A stretch of DNA of 64,000 nt from Malacoraja senta (Eukaryota). Shown piece after piece: positions 12,387 to 24,780 of the stretch. Location of the stretch: positions 20,524,001 through 20,588,000 of the forward strand of contig CM075989.1 of the NCBI GenBank assembly GCA_038087875.1, read 5' to 3'. The position numbers and the translations under genes are program-made. Numbering within the stretch: the first letter of the stretch is position 1; each line of letters opens with the position of its first letter. The notes below the pieces were generated by a model. That model made no database searches. It had not been told where the DNA came from and saw only the letters and a program-made list of their open reading frames with translations.

Positions 12387-13594
12387 GTGTTGAGATTCAC
12401 GCAATGTAACTGTGTTCAGTTGGTGTGTGCTCCTTGGTATGAAGCTGAACACCCCATGTGACTATAGTCATCTGAAAGGATGAATAATAGTTAATTTTGC
12501 ATGTGTTTATCGTTTAATAACTAACCGTCATTTCCAGCAATAACTATCCAGTCAATTTGATAAGGTACTACATGGCAGGCTGCTCTGGAATATTAGTTTG
12601 CATGTGACCCAGTGTCTCCACTTTTCTTGCTTTCTTCCTCCGCCCAACCCCTTACAAAGTCTAAAGAGGCGTCCAGACCCAAAACTTCACCTATCCATTA
12701 TTGCCATTGATGCTGCCTGACACACTGAGTTACCCCAACACTTGTGACTTAAAAAAAACCTGAATATATAATTGGCTTCATGGAAGGATGCAGCGGGTGG
12801 TGGTGGTGGTGGAAGGGTGCTTATTAGACTGGAGGCCTGTGACGAGTGGTGTGCTTCTGGGATCGGTGCTGGGCCCATTGCCTATATCCCCCAATCCCCT
12901 GCACTTCCATGTGCCTATCTAAAAGCCTCTTAAATGTTGTATCTGCCTCCACCATCACACCTGCCAATGTATTCCAGGCCCCCACCACTCTCTCTGTTAA
13001 AAAACTTGCCCCGCACATCTCCGTCAAACCTTCCCCCTTTCACCTTTTAGCTACGCCCTCTATTGTTGGTCATTGCCACCCTGGGATAAGTGTTCTGACT
13101 GTCTACCCTGTCTATGCCTCTCATAATTTGATATACATATCTATCATGTATCCCATCAACTTCCTCAAAACATACATTCTAATCAATTCATTCTGTGCAC
13201 AAGATTAGGTAAAGAGTGTTTAATTGTGATATCTGATATGATAGTGGCATTTAAGAGACTTTTAGATAGGCACATAGATATGCTGGGAATACAGGGATCT
13301 GGATCATGTGTAGGCAGAAGAGATTGGTTTAACCTGGCATCATGTTCAGCACAGACATTGTGGGCCGAAGGGCCAGTTCCTGTGCTGTGCTGTTCGATGC
13401 TCTATATATACCGACAGAGAAACAATGAAATTCTTAATAGAATGAACAAGTTCATTATTCATAACATCGTAACATCTGTGTGAATCTTGCTGGCTAATGC
13501 CTGCTGCTTCCCACGGGATGTCTGGCCTTCAGCTATTCCAATGTAAGTGTGCTGCAGAGTGTTCTCGGGCTGCTGGGACAGCTTCAACATGTTA

Positions 13595-13782
13595 AACCCA
13601 AAGTGTTGGAGTAACTCAGCGGGTCAGGGCAGCCTCTCTGGAGGAATAAGATGGGTGACGTTTTCGGGTTGAGACCATTCCTCAGAGTCGCTCAACCTTT
13701 TTCTCCAGAGATGCTGCCTAACCCGCTGAGTTACCCCAGCACTTGGTGCCTACCTTTGATCAAACCAGCATCTGCAGTTCTT
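13595..13782. mobile_element. PLE-terminus fold-back element
   Basis: Inverted arms GGAGTAACTCAGCGGG.../...CCCGCTGAGTTACCCC and tail ACCAGCATCTGCAGTTC. Confidence 0.75.
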
Positions 13783-14112
13783 TGATCAACAAGTGTCAGA
13801 CTCAATTGACAGATACCAACAGAGCCCAATCTTGCTCAGATTCCTCAGCCAAGTTGGACAAGGATCATTAACCTTCTTTATTGCATTGGAGGTAAAATAG
13901 GGAAGGCAAATTTATCTGTCATTATTTTACTTCTGTGTAATATTTTAAAATGTACTCTAATTTGCTTTTAATTAAAAATTCTAATCTTTTCAATAATTTA
14001 AAAATTGTAGACATTTACATCAATTTTAATAGTTTTTACTAGTCCTTAAATTTCAGACTTACAAATACTGTTTTAAAAAAAACTAACAGTGTTGTCAGGA
14101 GCCAGTGCTTTA

Positions 14113-14338
14113 AGGGCCTGTCCCACTTGGGCGACATTTGCTCGTCATGCAGGTGGCGCGCGAAGATTTTGTGAATCCCAAAATCCTGGGGGTGCCGCTC
14201 GCGACCACGCGTCACTGTCTACGCCACCACGCGCCATGCGTGCGTAACACACACCATCCGCACATCACGTGTGCGTCACTACGCGTAAATGATGTCGCAT
14301 AAATGACGCGCAAATGACGCCCAAGTGGGACAGGCCCT
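14113..14338. mobile_element. PIF/Harbinger-type MITE
   Basis: TIR AGGGCCTGTCCCACTTGGGCG / CGCCCAAGTGGGACAGGCCCT; perfect 3-bp TSD TTA (14110-14112, 14339-14341). Confidence 0.9.
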
Positions 14339-14471
14339 TTAGCTTCTGTCGACATTTGTAAGTCAGTCTGGGATGGATCCTCGAGGTCTGATTGTTGAGT
14401 TGAGGGTTCAGAGTGAAGACAAATTTGCCTTGAAAACGCCACCAACATACTGTAGTCAAGGACCATTTTCA

Positions 14472-14567
14472 CTTCAGTCATACCCTTTTGTCACCTCTCC
14501 TGTCTTCAGTCATACCCTCTTCTCACCTCTCCTGTCTTCAGTCATACCCTCTTCTCACCTCTCCTGT
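14472..14567 (+). repeat. 32-bp unit x3 tandem repeat inside a Rex1-type 3' fragment (~14445-14885)
   Basis: CTTCAGTCATACCCTCTTCTCACCTCTCCTGT three times (first copy with 2 mismatches). Confidence 0.85.
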
Positions 14568-15456
14568 TTGACAAAAAATGCAAAAGACTGAAAGCACACA
14601 CCACCAGATTCAGGAATAGCTTCTTCTTCCCCACCCCATTTCAGACTACACGGTCTTCTGATGAGGTTGGGTGTCGTCTTGATCTTTCAACCTGCAGCAT
14701 TGTGGACCTTGGACTTTTACTTTGTAACCGAATTGTTACAAAGCTATATTCTGCACTCTGGTATTTTTCTCTCTGCCATGCACAGCTACCTGCTGTACTT
14801 GAGTGCACACATGTACAGTATGATTTGGACAGTATGCAAACAAAGTTATTCACTTTATCTCGGTACACGTGACAATAATAAGCTAACATCATTACCACAT
14901 ACAGACCAACTAACTTTGGATGGACGGGTACATTGCCTGAGTCGAGGGAAGTCCAGCCTACGTTTGTTTTGCCCACTCAATTCCAAATATTAAATTCCTA
15001 ATTATCTAAATTAATTGGACAATCATAACTTGGCTCAAGGCTGATGTAATTTTGGCCTGACTGAAACCTCCTGCATGACACGAGCATTTATTGTGGCTCC
15101 ATGATCAAATAACACTTTTGTCCCACCTACTCCTCTTACATCTTCCCTTCATCCTAAGGTCATAAGGAATAGAAGTAGAATGAGGCCATTCGGCCCATCA
15201 AGTCTACTCCGCCATTCAATCATGGCTGATCTATCTCTCCCTCCTAACCACATTCTCCTGCCTTCTCCCCATTACCCCTGACACCTGCTACATCCTGCTC
15301 CCTTACCCTGTCTCCCTTGCTTGCTGTTCCTATAATCCTCTCTTTCTCTGGCACTACTCTCCACTCCCATCTTATCTTCCACCAAGTTCAAGAACAGCTT
15401 CTTCCGTACAATCATAAGGGTCTTGAACGCTGCACAACACTAACCACTGCCTTCTA

Positions 15457-15762
15457 GGGCGGCACGGTGGCGCAGCGGTAGAGTTGCTGCCTTACAGGGC
15501 CGGAGACCCGGGTTCACTCCCGACTATGGGTGCTGTCTGTATGGAGTTTGTACGCACTCCCCGTGACTGCGTGGGTTTTCTCCGAGATCTCCCGTTTCCT
15601 CCCACACTCCAAAGATGTACAGGTATGTAGGTTAATTGGCTTGTTGTATGTGTAAATTGTCCCTATTGTGTGTAGGATAGTGTTAATGTGCGGGGATTGC
15701 TGGTCGGCGCGGACCCGGTGGGCCAAAGGGCCTGTTTCTGCGCTGTATCTCTAAACTAAACT
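15457..15762 (+). mobile_element. V-SINE (HE1-like), full length
   Basis: GGGCGGCACGGTGGCGCAGCGG A-box, GGTTCACTCC B-box, V-domain, tail GGGCCTGTTTC..CTCTAAACTAAAC. Confidence 0.9.
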
Positions 15763-15884
15763 CAGCAACTATGACCTTCAACTGACTGTGTTTTTGGTTG
15801 TACTACGGTCTTTGGTTTTCCATTATTATCGTTCACTAGTATCACTGTTATTCATTTATTTTTTATTGAATGTTGTATATATAG

Positions 15885-16268
15885 TAGGCCCCCCTTCGGT
15901 CATGACTGACCATGGGCGATGCATCCTAGTTTGCAGGTGATGTGTGGTCGGATGCAAGCCTGGAGGACAGGCTGTTGCCCATGCAGCACGTCCCACCTCT
16001 CCACGTCGCTGATCGATCCAAAGGAACAGCAGGGCCGTTACAGTTTGGCACCAGCGCCGTCGCAGGAGCTGCCAAAGCGAGGTTGTAGACAACGACGAAC
16101 TGCCTCAGGGGCTCCGACTCCGGATTTTCTTGAGGTTTACTCCAGGAGCCTTTTCCATGACTGGATATGGCCACAAGGCAGTGGAGGTTTTAAATCAGAG
16201 TTTTCCCTCTCCTAGATGGACTGCCTTCCCAGGCTGACGAGCCCCATCTGCCCGAGACTCATGGGGGC
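15885..16268 (-). mobile_element. Non-autonomous RTE-derived bipartite element (RTE 5' UTR-like body + short 3' end)
   Basis: Minus strand GGGCAGATGGGGCTCGTCAGCCTGGGAAGG...AGGAGAGGGAAAACTCTG resembles vertebrate RTE 5' UTRs; 3' ~31 nt shared with 31706-31736. Confidence 0.6.
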
Positions 16269-16993
16269 AATATATAAACATATCTATATTTGTATGTTAA
16301 TAAAACACAGAGTGCTGGAGCAACTCAGCGGGTCAGGCAGCATCTCCTGGTGTTTTGAGTCAGAACCCGGCATTAATGGGGCTATAAAGCTGCAGCAAGT
16401 AAGAATTTGTATTGTTTTGTTGCCAATACATATGACAATTAGACACACTTCAATTAGATACTCTTGACTCAAGTTCTTCACGAAACCAATCTACCTTCCT
16501 TTCTCCCCAATCTCTGCACATTAATTCTTTGTGATTTATTCTGGTTCAAGACACTATTTTCTTTCTCCTTTAATTCTGCCACTTCCCCAACATTTTTCCA
16601 CCTAAAATCTCTTATCTACAATACCTACAAGTCTGAAAAAGGATTTCCACCTCAAACGTCACCTATTCCTCTTCTCCAGAGCTGCTGCCTCACCCGCTGA
16701 GTTACTCCAGCTTTTTGTGTGTATCTTCAGTGTAAACCAACATCTGCAGATCCTTCGTACACATCTCTTACCTGCATTCACATCAAGTCCCCTTGCCAAA
16801 CAACCTCACTTGACTACTCACCGAACTTTGATCACGTACATTAAAAAAATGACCCTATCTTTCGGTGAATCTTTCTATTCCCATCCACCAATCCTTCCAA
16901 TCTGTTCCTAGAATGAATAATCCAACCACACAATTTCACTTTCAAATTACAATCTGTCTAGAATTTGATCTCTCATTTGGCTCTCTCATCAAT

Positions 16994-17842
16994 CTGGAGA
17001 AACTCAGCGGGTGAGGCAGCATCTATGGAGTGAAGGAAATAGGCAACGTTTCGGGTCGAGACCCATCTTCAGACTGATGTATCAGGATCCCACCACTGGC
17101 CACATCTTCCCATCTCCCCCCCTGTCTGCTTTCCACAGAGACCGTTCCCTCCTTAACTCCCTGGTCAATTCGTCCCTTCCCACCCAAACCACCCCTTCTC
17201 CTGGCACTTTACCTTGCAACCGCAGGAAATGCTACCTTTGTCGCTCTACCTCCCCCCTTGACTCCATCCAAGGACCCAAGCAGTCTTTCCAGGTGCGGCA
17301 GAGGTTCACCTGCACCTCCTCCAACCTAATCTATTGCATCCGCTGCTCTAGGTGTCAGCTGCTCTACATTGGTGAGACCAAGCGTAGGCTTGGCGATCGC
17401 TTCGCCCAACACCTCCGTTCGGTCCGCAATAACCAACCTGATCTCCCGGTGGCTCAGCACTTCAACTCCCCCTCCTATTCCAAATCCGACATTTCTGTCC
17501 TGGGCCTCCTCCATGGCCAGAGTGATGCCCACCGTAAATTGGAGGAGCAGCACCTCATATTTCGCTTGGGTAGTTTACACCCCAGCGGTATGAACATTGA
17601 CTTCTCTAATTTCAGGTAGTCCCTGCTTTCTTCTCCCCTTCTCAGCTCTCCCTCAGCCCACTGTCTCCGCCTCTTCCATTCTTCATCCCGCCCCCCCCCC
17701 CCACTCTTACATCAGTCTGAAGAAGGGTCTCGACCCGAAGCGTTGCCTATTTCCTTCGCTCCATTGATGCTGCCTCACCCACTGAGTTTCTCCAGCATTT
17801 TTATCTACCTTTGATTTTCCAGCATCTGCAGTTCCTTCTTAA
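16994..17842 (+). mobile_element. Penelope-like element (probably Neptune group): inverted partial pLTR + truncated ORF + 3' pLTR
   Basis: 16994-~17080 is the reverse complement of part of the 3' pLTR (~17709-17795); GIY-YIG ORF between them. Confidence 0.9.
17081..17619 (+). CDS. PLE GIY-YIG endonuclease C-terminal region (5'-truncated, open)
   Basis: Cys-rich linker CNRRKCYLC, then LIYCIRCSRCQLLYIGET, VAQHF, KLEEQHLI, GMN. Confidence 0.85.
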
Positions 17843-18045
17843 TCATTATTTTTCTGCTAGTTAGACGTCTTTAGTCTTCCGTTTGCTTTTTCTTTCCCAT
17901 CTAGGTCCTGACTGGGCCACTGCAAGTAGTGCAGGGCTTTCCACTCCACTGCCAAAGCTGAACACCCACACACTATTCTGGAGAACAAAGATATACCACT
18001 ACCCCTCTCCACTACTAAGTATTTCCTTAACCCAGTCCCTTTTAA

Positions 18046-18428
18046 GGTCATAGGTGATAGGAGAAGAATTAGGTCATTCGGCCCATCAAGTCTACTCCGC
18101 CATTCATTCAATCATGGCTGATCTACCGTATCTCTCCCTTCCAACCCCATTCTCCTGCCTTCTTCCCATAACCCCTGACACCCATACTAATCAAGAATAT
18201 ATCTATCTCTGCTTTAAAAATACCCATTAAAGGCCTCCACAACCTTCATGTCAATGTATTCCACAGATTCACCACCCTCTGATTAAAGAAATTCCTTCGA
18301 TATCTCCTTTCTAAAAGAACTTCCTTTAATTCTGAGGCTATGACTTCTAGACTCTCCCACTAGTGGAAACATCATCGCCACATCCACTCTATCCAAGCCT
18401 TTTACTATTCGGTATATTTCTATGAGGT
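18046..18428 (-). mobile_element. CR1 LINE 3' fragment
   Basis: Reverse complement of the 353-775 family. Confidence 0.8.
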
Positions 18429-18690
18429 TCAAGTCAAGTCAAGTGAGTTTATTGTCATGTGTCTCTGATAGGACAATGAAATTCTTGCTTTGCTTCAGCA
18501 CAACAGAACATAGTAGGCATTGACTACAAGGCATTCTATAAATATATACACACATGAATCAATATACTGATAAAGTGCAAATAACAGTATTGGCTAATAA
18601 AGTTCAGTGTTATGTCCGAGCCAGGTTTAATAGCCTGATGGCTGTGGGGAAGTGGCTATTCCTGAACCTGGTCGTTGCAGTCTTCAGGCT

Positions 18691-18890
18691 NNNNNNNNNN
18701 NNNNNNNNNNNNNNNNNNNNNNNNNNNNNNNNNNNNNNNNNNNNNNNNNNNNNNNNNNNNNNNNNNNNNNNNNNNNNNNNNNNNNNNNNNNNNNNNNNNN
18801 NNNNNNNNNNNNNNNNNNNNNNNNNNNNNNNNNNNNNNNNNNNNNNNNNNNNNNNNNNNNNNNNNNNNNNNNNNNNNNNNNNNNNNNNNN
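18691..18890. other. Assembly gap (200 N)
   Basis: Run of N. Confidence 1.
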
Positions 18891-19005
18891 GAAACAGGCC
18901 CTTCAGCCCACCGAGTCCGCACCGACCAGCCATCCCGCACATTAACACACTTGGGGCAATTTACACATTATAATAAGTGTACAAACCCAAGCCAATTAAC
19001 CTACA

Positions 19006-19106
19006 GTTCAGTCTGAAGAATGGTTTCGACCCGAAAAGTTGCCTATTTCCTTCGCTCCATAGATGCTGCCTCACCCGCTGAGATTCTCCAGCACTTTTGT
19101 CTACCT
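19006..19106 (+). mobile_element. Solo PLE-terminus insert in a V-SINE, 14-bp TSD
   Basis: CCAATTAACCTACA at 18992-19005 and 19107-19120; single copy in other V-SINEs. Confidence 0.85.
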
Positions 19107-19140
19107 CCAATTAACCTACAAACCTGTGCGTCTTTGGAGT

Positions 19141-19452
19141 TTAGTTTAGTTTAGAGATACAGTGTGGAAACAGGCCCTTTGGCCTACTGAGTCCGTGCCG
19201 ATCAGCGATCCCCGCATATTAACACTATCCTACACACACTAGGGACAATTTTTTTTACATTAGCCAAGCCAATTTACCTACAGACCTGTATGTCTTTGGA
19301 GTGTGGGAGGAAACTGAAGATCTCGGAGAAAACCCACGCAGTCACGGGGAGAACGTACAAACTCTTTACAGACAGCACCCGTAGTCGGGATTGAACCCGG
19401 GTCTCTGGCGCTGCAAACGCTGTAAGGCAGCAACTCTACCGCTGTACCGCCC
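19141..19452 (-). mobile_element. V-SINE, full length
   Basis: (TTTAG)n tail to reverse tRNA head. Confidence 0.85.
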
Positions 19453-19700
19453 TATGTTGTACAAAACGACCAAGTATATTTGCCTAATTTTCATTTTTCA
19501 ATGTAACTAGATTCCCATTGTCTGCCCAAAAATAAAATCAGTGCAGAATTTAAAATGAAGATTTGTTTATTATTATGGGGTTATCACTTGGATCATTTTA
19601 CTTAATCTTACCAAAATGCTTGAATCTGGAAAGATTTTCATTGGAACAACCTCTAAGAGTATGTTGTACACATTGTACTTTATTTGTGATGCTTTCAAGT

Positions 19701-20085
19701 TACAATACAATACAATACCGTTTATTGTCATTTGAACCTCAAATGAAGTTCAAACGAAATTTGGTTTCTGCAGTCATACAACAAGAAAAGAACCAAGACC
19801 CACACCAACACAATTTACACAAACATCCATCACAGTGAATCTCCTCCTCACTTTGATGGAAGGCAAAGTCTTGTCTCTCCCCTGCTCTCCATTCTTCTCC
19901 AGATGTCAAAGCCCCCGGCGGGCGATGGCAAGTCCCGCGGCCATTAGGGCCGCGCCAGGCGATGTAAGGCCCTGCCCGGGTCTTGATGTTGGAGCCCCCG
20001 GCGGGCTCTGGCAAGTCCCGCGGCCATTTAAGCCTCGCCGGGCGTTGTAAGGCCCCGCTCCGGGTCGCCTTCAACCCCGCAATTC
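19701..20085 (-). mobile_element. 5'-truncated copy of GC-rich non-autonomous element (family of 47345-48170)
   Basis: Reverse-complement similarity to ~47770-48170 including (CAATA)n tail and internal GC-rich repeats. Confidence 0.8.
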
Positions 20086-21245
20086 ATAATCCCACATTGA
20101 CGCACCATTACCAGTCATACTGCAAGGGAGTAGGGTGAAGGTATATGTGTGTGTGTGTGAACAACCTCTTCAGTCCCAGACCAAGACTGGAAGTGCAACA
20201 TTTGTGATTGCTATTGCTGGACATGTTTTCATCTCTGAAGTGGACAAGTTCATGAAACTTGACAAATCTACCTTCACTCTGTGCTGAAAACCCAGTCACA
20301 AACAATGCCGTGCCATTGTACTCAACAACCATATCTGCTTGTTGAGGTTTTGTGTTCTTGAGTGTTTGATTTTTATTTAATCTCTCTGTCCCGTTAAACT
20401 AAATAGATTAGTAATTTGGAAATTAGTGTCTAAATTCTGGAATTTTTAGTTGCATAATAACTAATATGTAATAGCACATTTCTCAGAAGACCATAAAGAG
20501 ATCTGACAGAGATTTTAAATGCAGGGCACATTTAGAGGAATCTGTTGGCTAAATTGAAAGTCTTAAACACATCACACCACCCACAACAATTTACAGTATT
20601 TCCTGTCCATTAGTAGATAAACACTCTACAACAATGCAGCTTTCCTCTCATATGTTACCCACCATGGATCTTTGGTCTAAATTGTTTTCGAGTCACCACC
20701 AACATTTTAAAAGAACTCAATGGGCTTATTTTCTGTTCACGGGAGATTGCTGGGAGGAATCGACTGCAGTTTTTTGCCTCGGTAACTACGGTTAGTCATT
20801 GGCGGTGAAGCACGCAGAGATCTCCTCACAAAGTGAATGTGAACTCCTTTCTTTTCGCTCTTACTCATTCCTCCTCTGAGAATTACTCCTCCTCTGCGAT
20901 TAGCTGACTTCAAATGTGGGAGCACATTTTATCTTAAGCTGGCAGTCAGTTCAGTATAACCCAGGGGTTGGTTCGGAAGTTCTATGGGTGAAGGGAAGCT
21001 GAAGTAAGACTTTCCATCGAGGGGTTCGTTGTGGGTGCTTGTAGGTAGTTGGGGGTGGGATACAGGTTGAGTTTGGAAGGGGAGAGTCAACATGGTCAGT
21101 GGGATGGGATCTGCAGTTGATGTTGCAAAAATATCTCGTCAATATTGTGGATGAAGTCTGTGTATCAGATGGCAAGGAGAGGATTTTATTAAGGAGAAAA
21201 AACATGTTATTATGTTAGCAGGTGCTTTTGTAAGTACTTGTGTTG

Positions 21246-23513
21246 TTTAGCTTAGAGATACAGCGTGGAAACAGGCTCCGCAGGCCACCGACCAGCGATC
21301 CTCGCACACTAACACTATCCTACACACATGAGGGACAATTTACAATTTTTACCGAGCCAATTGGCCTAAAAAACCTGTACGTCGTTGGAGTGTGGGGGCA
21401 GAACCAGAGATCCCGATGAAAAGAAACACGGTCGCAGAGAGAATGTACAGACTCCATACAGTCAGCACCCATGGTCAGGATTGAACCTGGGTCTCTGGAG
21501 CTGAAAGGCAGCAACTTAACCGCTGCACCACTGTGCCGCCCTTTCTGTTTTATGTTGAAATCTGATTGTATAATGTTGACTTGAAGGTGCAGGAACATTC
21601 AGGAGATCTGAATACCACATTATTGCTTTGTTTACTTAGATGGTGGCAACCCATTTTGCCTAACTCAATAAGTAGTGAATACCTACTTTTCCTTTACAAA
21701 TATGTTATTCTATCATTTTAATAAATACTCTAAACAGGTAGGGTCACTGGAAATTATGGTAAGTTTCCACATATTCCCTGTTAATTATTTTTAAAATGAC
21801 ATATTTCTGGAAAACAACAACTGCAGAAAATATTATATTGTAAATTAGGTTGCCAATGCCTTCTGCAAAGTATTATCAAGACAAAAGCTTGATGATTGCT
21901 GTAAGCATGGTGACAATAGTGAAATAAAATTACAATGGAACTCTTTTCAAAAGGAGCGAGTGTGTGATCAGTGAATGTAATGACTGTTATTAAACAGGGT
22001 TAGTGGGATGGATGCTGTTAATCATTGCAGTCCAAAGATTTTACTTTTACTTAGATATATTTAATTGAAAACTTGTGAATCTTGAATTGAAGATTGCAGT
22101 CCCAAAGTCAATAAATGCACAGCGACGCAGCTAGAAAAGCCTGATCTATGGTGCTGAATGTGTGGAGTTTGCATGTTCTGTCTGCGACCACATGGCGGTT
22201 TTCTTCCGGTATCCTCCTGTATTCCGAAAGGTAGCAGGTTAAGTGGTTACTGTAAACATAATTTCAGTGTGTATATGAGTGGTAGAATTGGGGAGATGTC
22301 AGAGATAATGGGTTACAGGAGAAATCGGGGGTGGAATAGGATTGTTCTGTGAGTTGACATAGACTCTATGGACTGGCCTGCCTTCTACGTAATTTGGAAG
22401 CGAATGTGGATTATGTTTGCTGCAGGTCGTATTGTACCCAGGCTTTGGGTTTACAACCCCTCTTCCCCTCTCAACTACTGAGCTGCTTCCATACCTGCAA
22501 TAACCTTCAGTGCTGAATGGCTGGAGGAGCAGCCTGCAAGCGCTAGTGTGGCGAATCCCTCAAGCTGTCAAAAGCTTGCACATCATTCATAAGTGATCAA
22601 TCTTTCCTATCCATATACCTATCCAAATATTGTTTGAAGCGAAAGGTGTGGCGCAGCGGTAAAGTTGCTGCCTCACAGCACCAGAGACCCGGGTTTGATC
22701 CTGACCTCGTGTACCGTCTGTGGAGTTTGCACGTTCTCCCTGTGACCGCGTGGGTTTTCTCCGGGTGCTCTGGTTTCCTCCCACATCCCAAAGATGTGCA
22801 GCTTTTATAGGTTAATTGCCTCTATAGGTTAATTGTCTCTAAATTACTCATTGTGTGTCATAAAGTGGATGGGGAAAATGGGATAACATAGAACCAATGA
22901 GAATGGGTGATCAATGGACGGCATGCACTCAAAGCCAAAGGGCCGGTTTCGGTGGTGTGGCTCTATAACTAAACCTTGTGGAATTTTTCTAATTCAGAAA
23001 CACTGAGTCTATTTTTGTCTTTGGAATGTGGGAGGAAACCAGAGCACCTGGAGGAAACCCACCAAGTCCCAGGGAGAACGTGCAAACTCCACACAGACAG
23101 CACTTGAGGTCGGGATCACATCCAGGTCTCTGGTTCTGAGGCAGTAGACGAGCCACCCGATGTGCCACTGTGCTGCCTGCCCTTTGTGCATCAAAATATA
23201 TTTGTTTAGTTTTAGTTTAGATGTACAGTGCGGAAACAGGCCCTTCGGCCCACTGAGTCTGCGCCGACCAGCAATCCCCGCACATTAACACTATCCTACA
23301 CACACTAGACAAAATTTACACTTATACCAAGCCAATTAACCTACACACATGTATGTCTTTGGAGTGTGGGAGGAAACCGAAGGTCTCGGAGAAAAGCCAC
23401 GCGGTCACGGGGAGAACTGTATAGACAGCACCTGTATTCGGGATTGAACTCGGTTCTTTGGCACTGCAAGAGCTGTAAGGCAGTAACTCTACCTCTGCGC
23501 CACTGTGCCACCC
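21246..23513. mobile_element. Cluster of V-SINEs (~21246-21541 -, ~22645-22972 +, ~23015-23175 -, ~23205-23513 -)
   Basis: Same head, V-domain and tail motifs as other copies. Confidence 0.8.
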
Positions 23514-24414
23514 TGATATAGATAGGAAAGGTTGAGAGGACTCTGGGCTAAATGCAGGCACAGTGTATGAGCATGGATGGTTATTTGTCTGAAGGACCAG
23601 TTTCTGCATGAACTGATGATTCTATGATGAATGGTTTCAGGACTGCAATGGAATAGGGCAGTAGACATTGACATTTCACAATATAGTGGGTATGAGAAGA
23701 ATTGAAGAGGGTGGTTATTTTTGCAGTAAGTGATTCAGCACTTTACTCTGCAAAACGAATGAACGGTTCTCCAGAACAAGTCAGGGTGATGAAATACTCT
23801 TCACTTGCCCACATGAGAACAACTCCAAAAATGCTTGAGTTTACTCAGGAAGAAAACTTGACTTCCATCAAATACACTCTTCTAAATATTTGCTGTCTCC
23901 GCTGTGATGGTACAGGTAGGCAGTGACTGTACGCATGTGAAAGATGAACAGCAATTTTCCAGGGTTTTTTCGGCGAGGTTTAGAGGGATATGGATGAAAC
24001 ACAGGCAAATGAGACGAGCTTAGATGGAGCATCTCAGTCAACATGGACGCGCAGGGCTGAAGGGTCTCTTTCCATGCTGTATTTTATGACTACAAGCACA
24101 TCTTTAAACCGTGACCTCTACAAAATATGGATCCTCTGACAGCTGCAAGACTGCTGCGAACGCGCACATTATCCTGATTTGACCATTTATTTTGCTTACT
24201 TCATTGGGTCAGTATAAATGCATCTCCTGTGTTGCACGAGCGAAGCACTTCATTGCAAGGGATTCCAGCCATTCACAAAAAAATTGTGTATTGCAATATT
24301 GCCAAAGACAATTAGGGATGGTTACTAAATTCTTTCTTTGCCAGCAACTCTTCCTGCTCAATAGTGGAAGTAGGCATTAGGGGGCTAATGGATTTCAAAA
24401 GGAGTAAAACCTAA

Positions 24415-24780
24415 AATTGTTGTACAAAATCATGAGAGGAATAGATCGGGTAAATGCACAGTCACTTGGTCAGAGTAGGGGAATTGAGAAGCAGAGGGCA
24501 TAGGCTTAAGGTGAGAGGGGGGGGGGGGGATAGGGGATATTTAATAGGAACCTGAGGGATAACTTTTTCACAAAAAGGGTGGTGGGTGTATGGCACGAGC
24601 TGCCAAGGGTGGTAGATGAGGTAGGGACTATCGCAGTGTTTAAGAAACAAATTTCGACAGATACATGGATAGGATAGATTTGGAGGGGTATGGGCCAAAC
24701 GGGCAGGACTATTGTAGATGTGACATGTTGGTCGGCGTGGGCAAGCTGGGCCAAAGGGCCTGTTTTTATTCAGCATGACT
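24415..24780 (+). mobile_element. CR1 LINE 3' fragment (subfamily sharing its tail with the V-SINE)
   Basis: YKIMRGIDRV..., FFTKRVVGVWHELP motif, ends GGGCCAAAGGGCCTGTTT. Confidence 0.8.

Noticed and set aside
15457..15530. tRNA gene
   Set aside because: A/B boxes belong to the V-SINE head; there is no full cloverleaf and it is followed by the SINE body in many copies.
16190..16268. HDV-like ribozyme at the 5' end of the 15885-16268 element
   Set aside because: Local hairpins exist but I could not build the P1/P2/P3/L3 order; the copy may be truncated.
18554..19016. ORFs containing X runs
   Set aside because: Artefacts of the 200-N gap.
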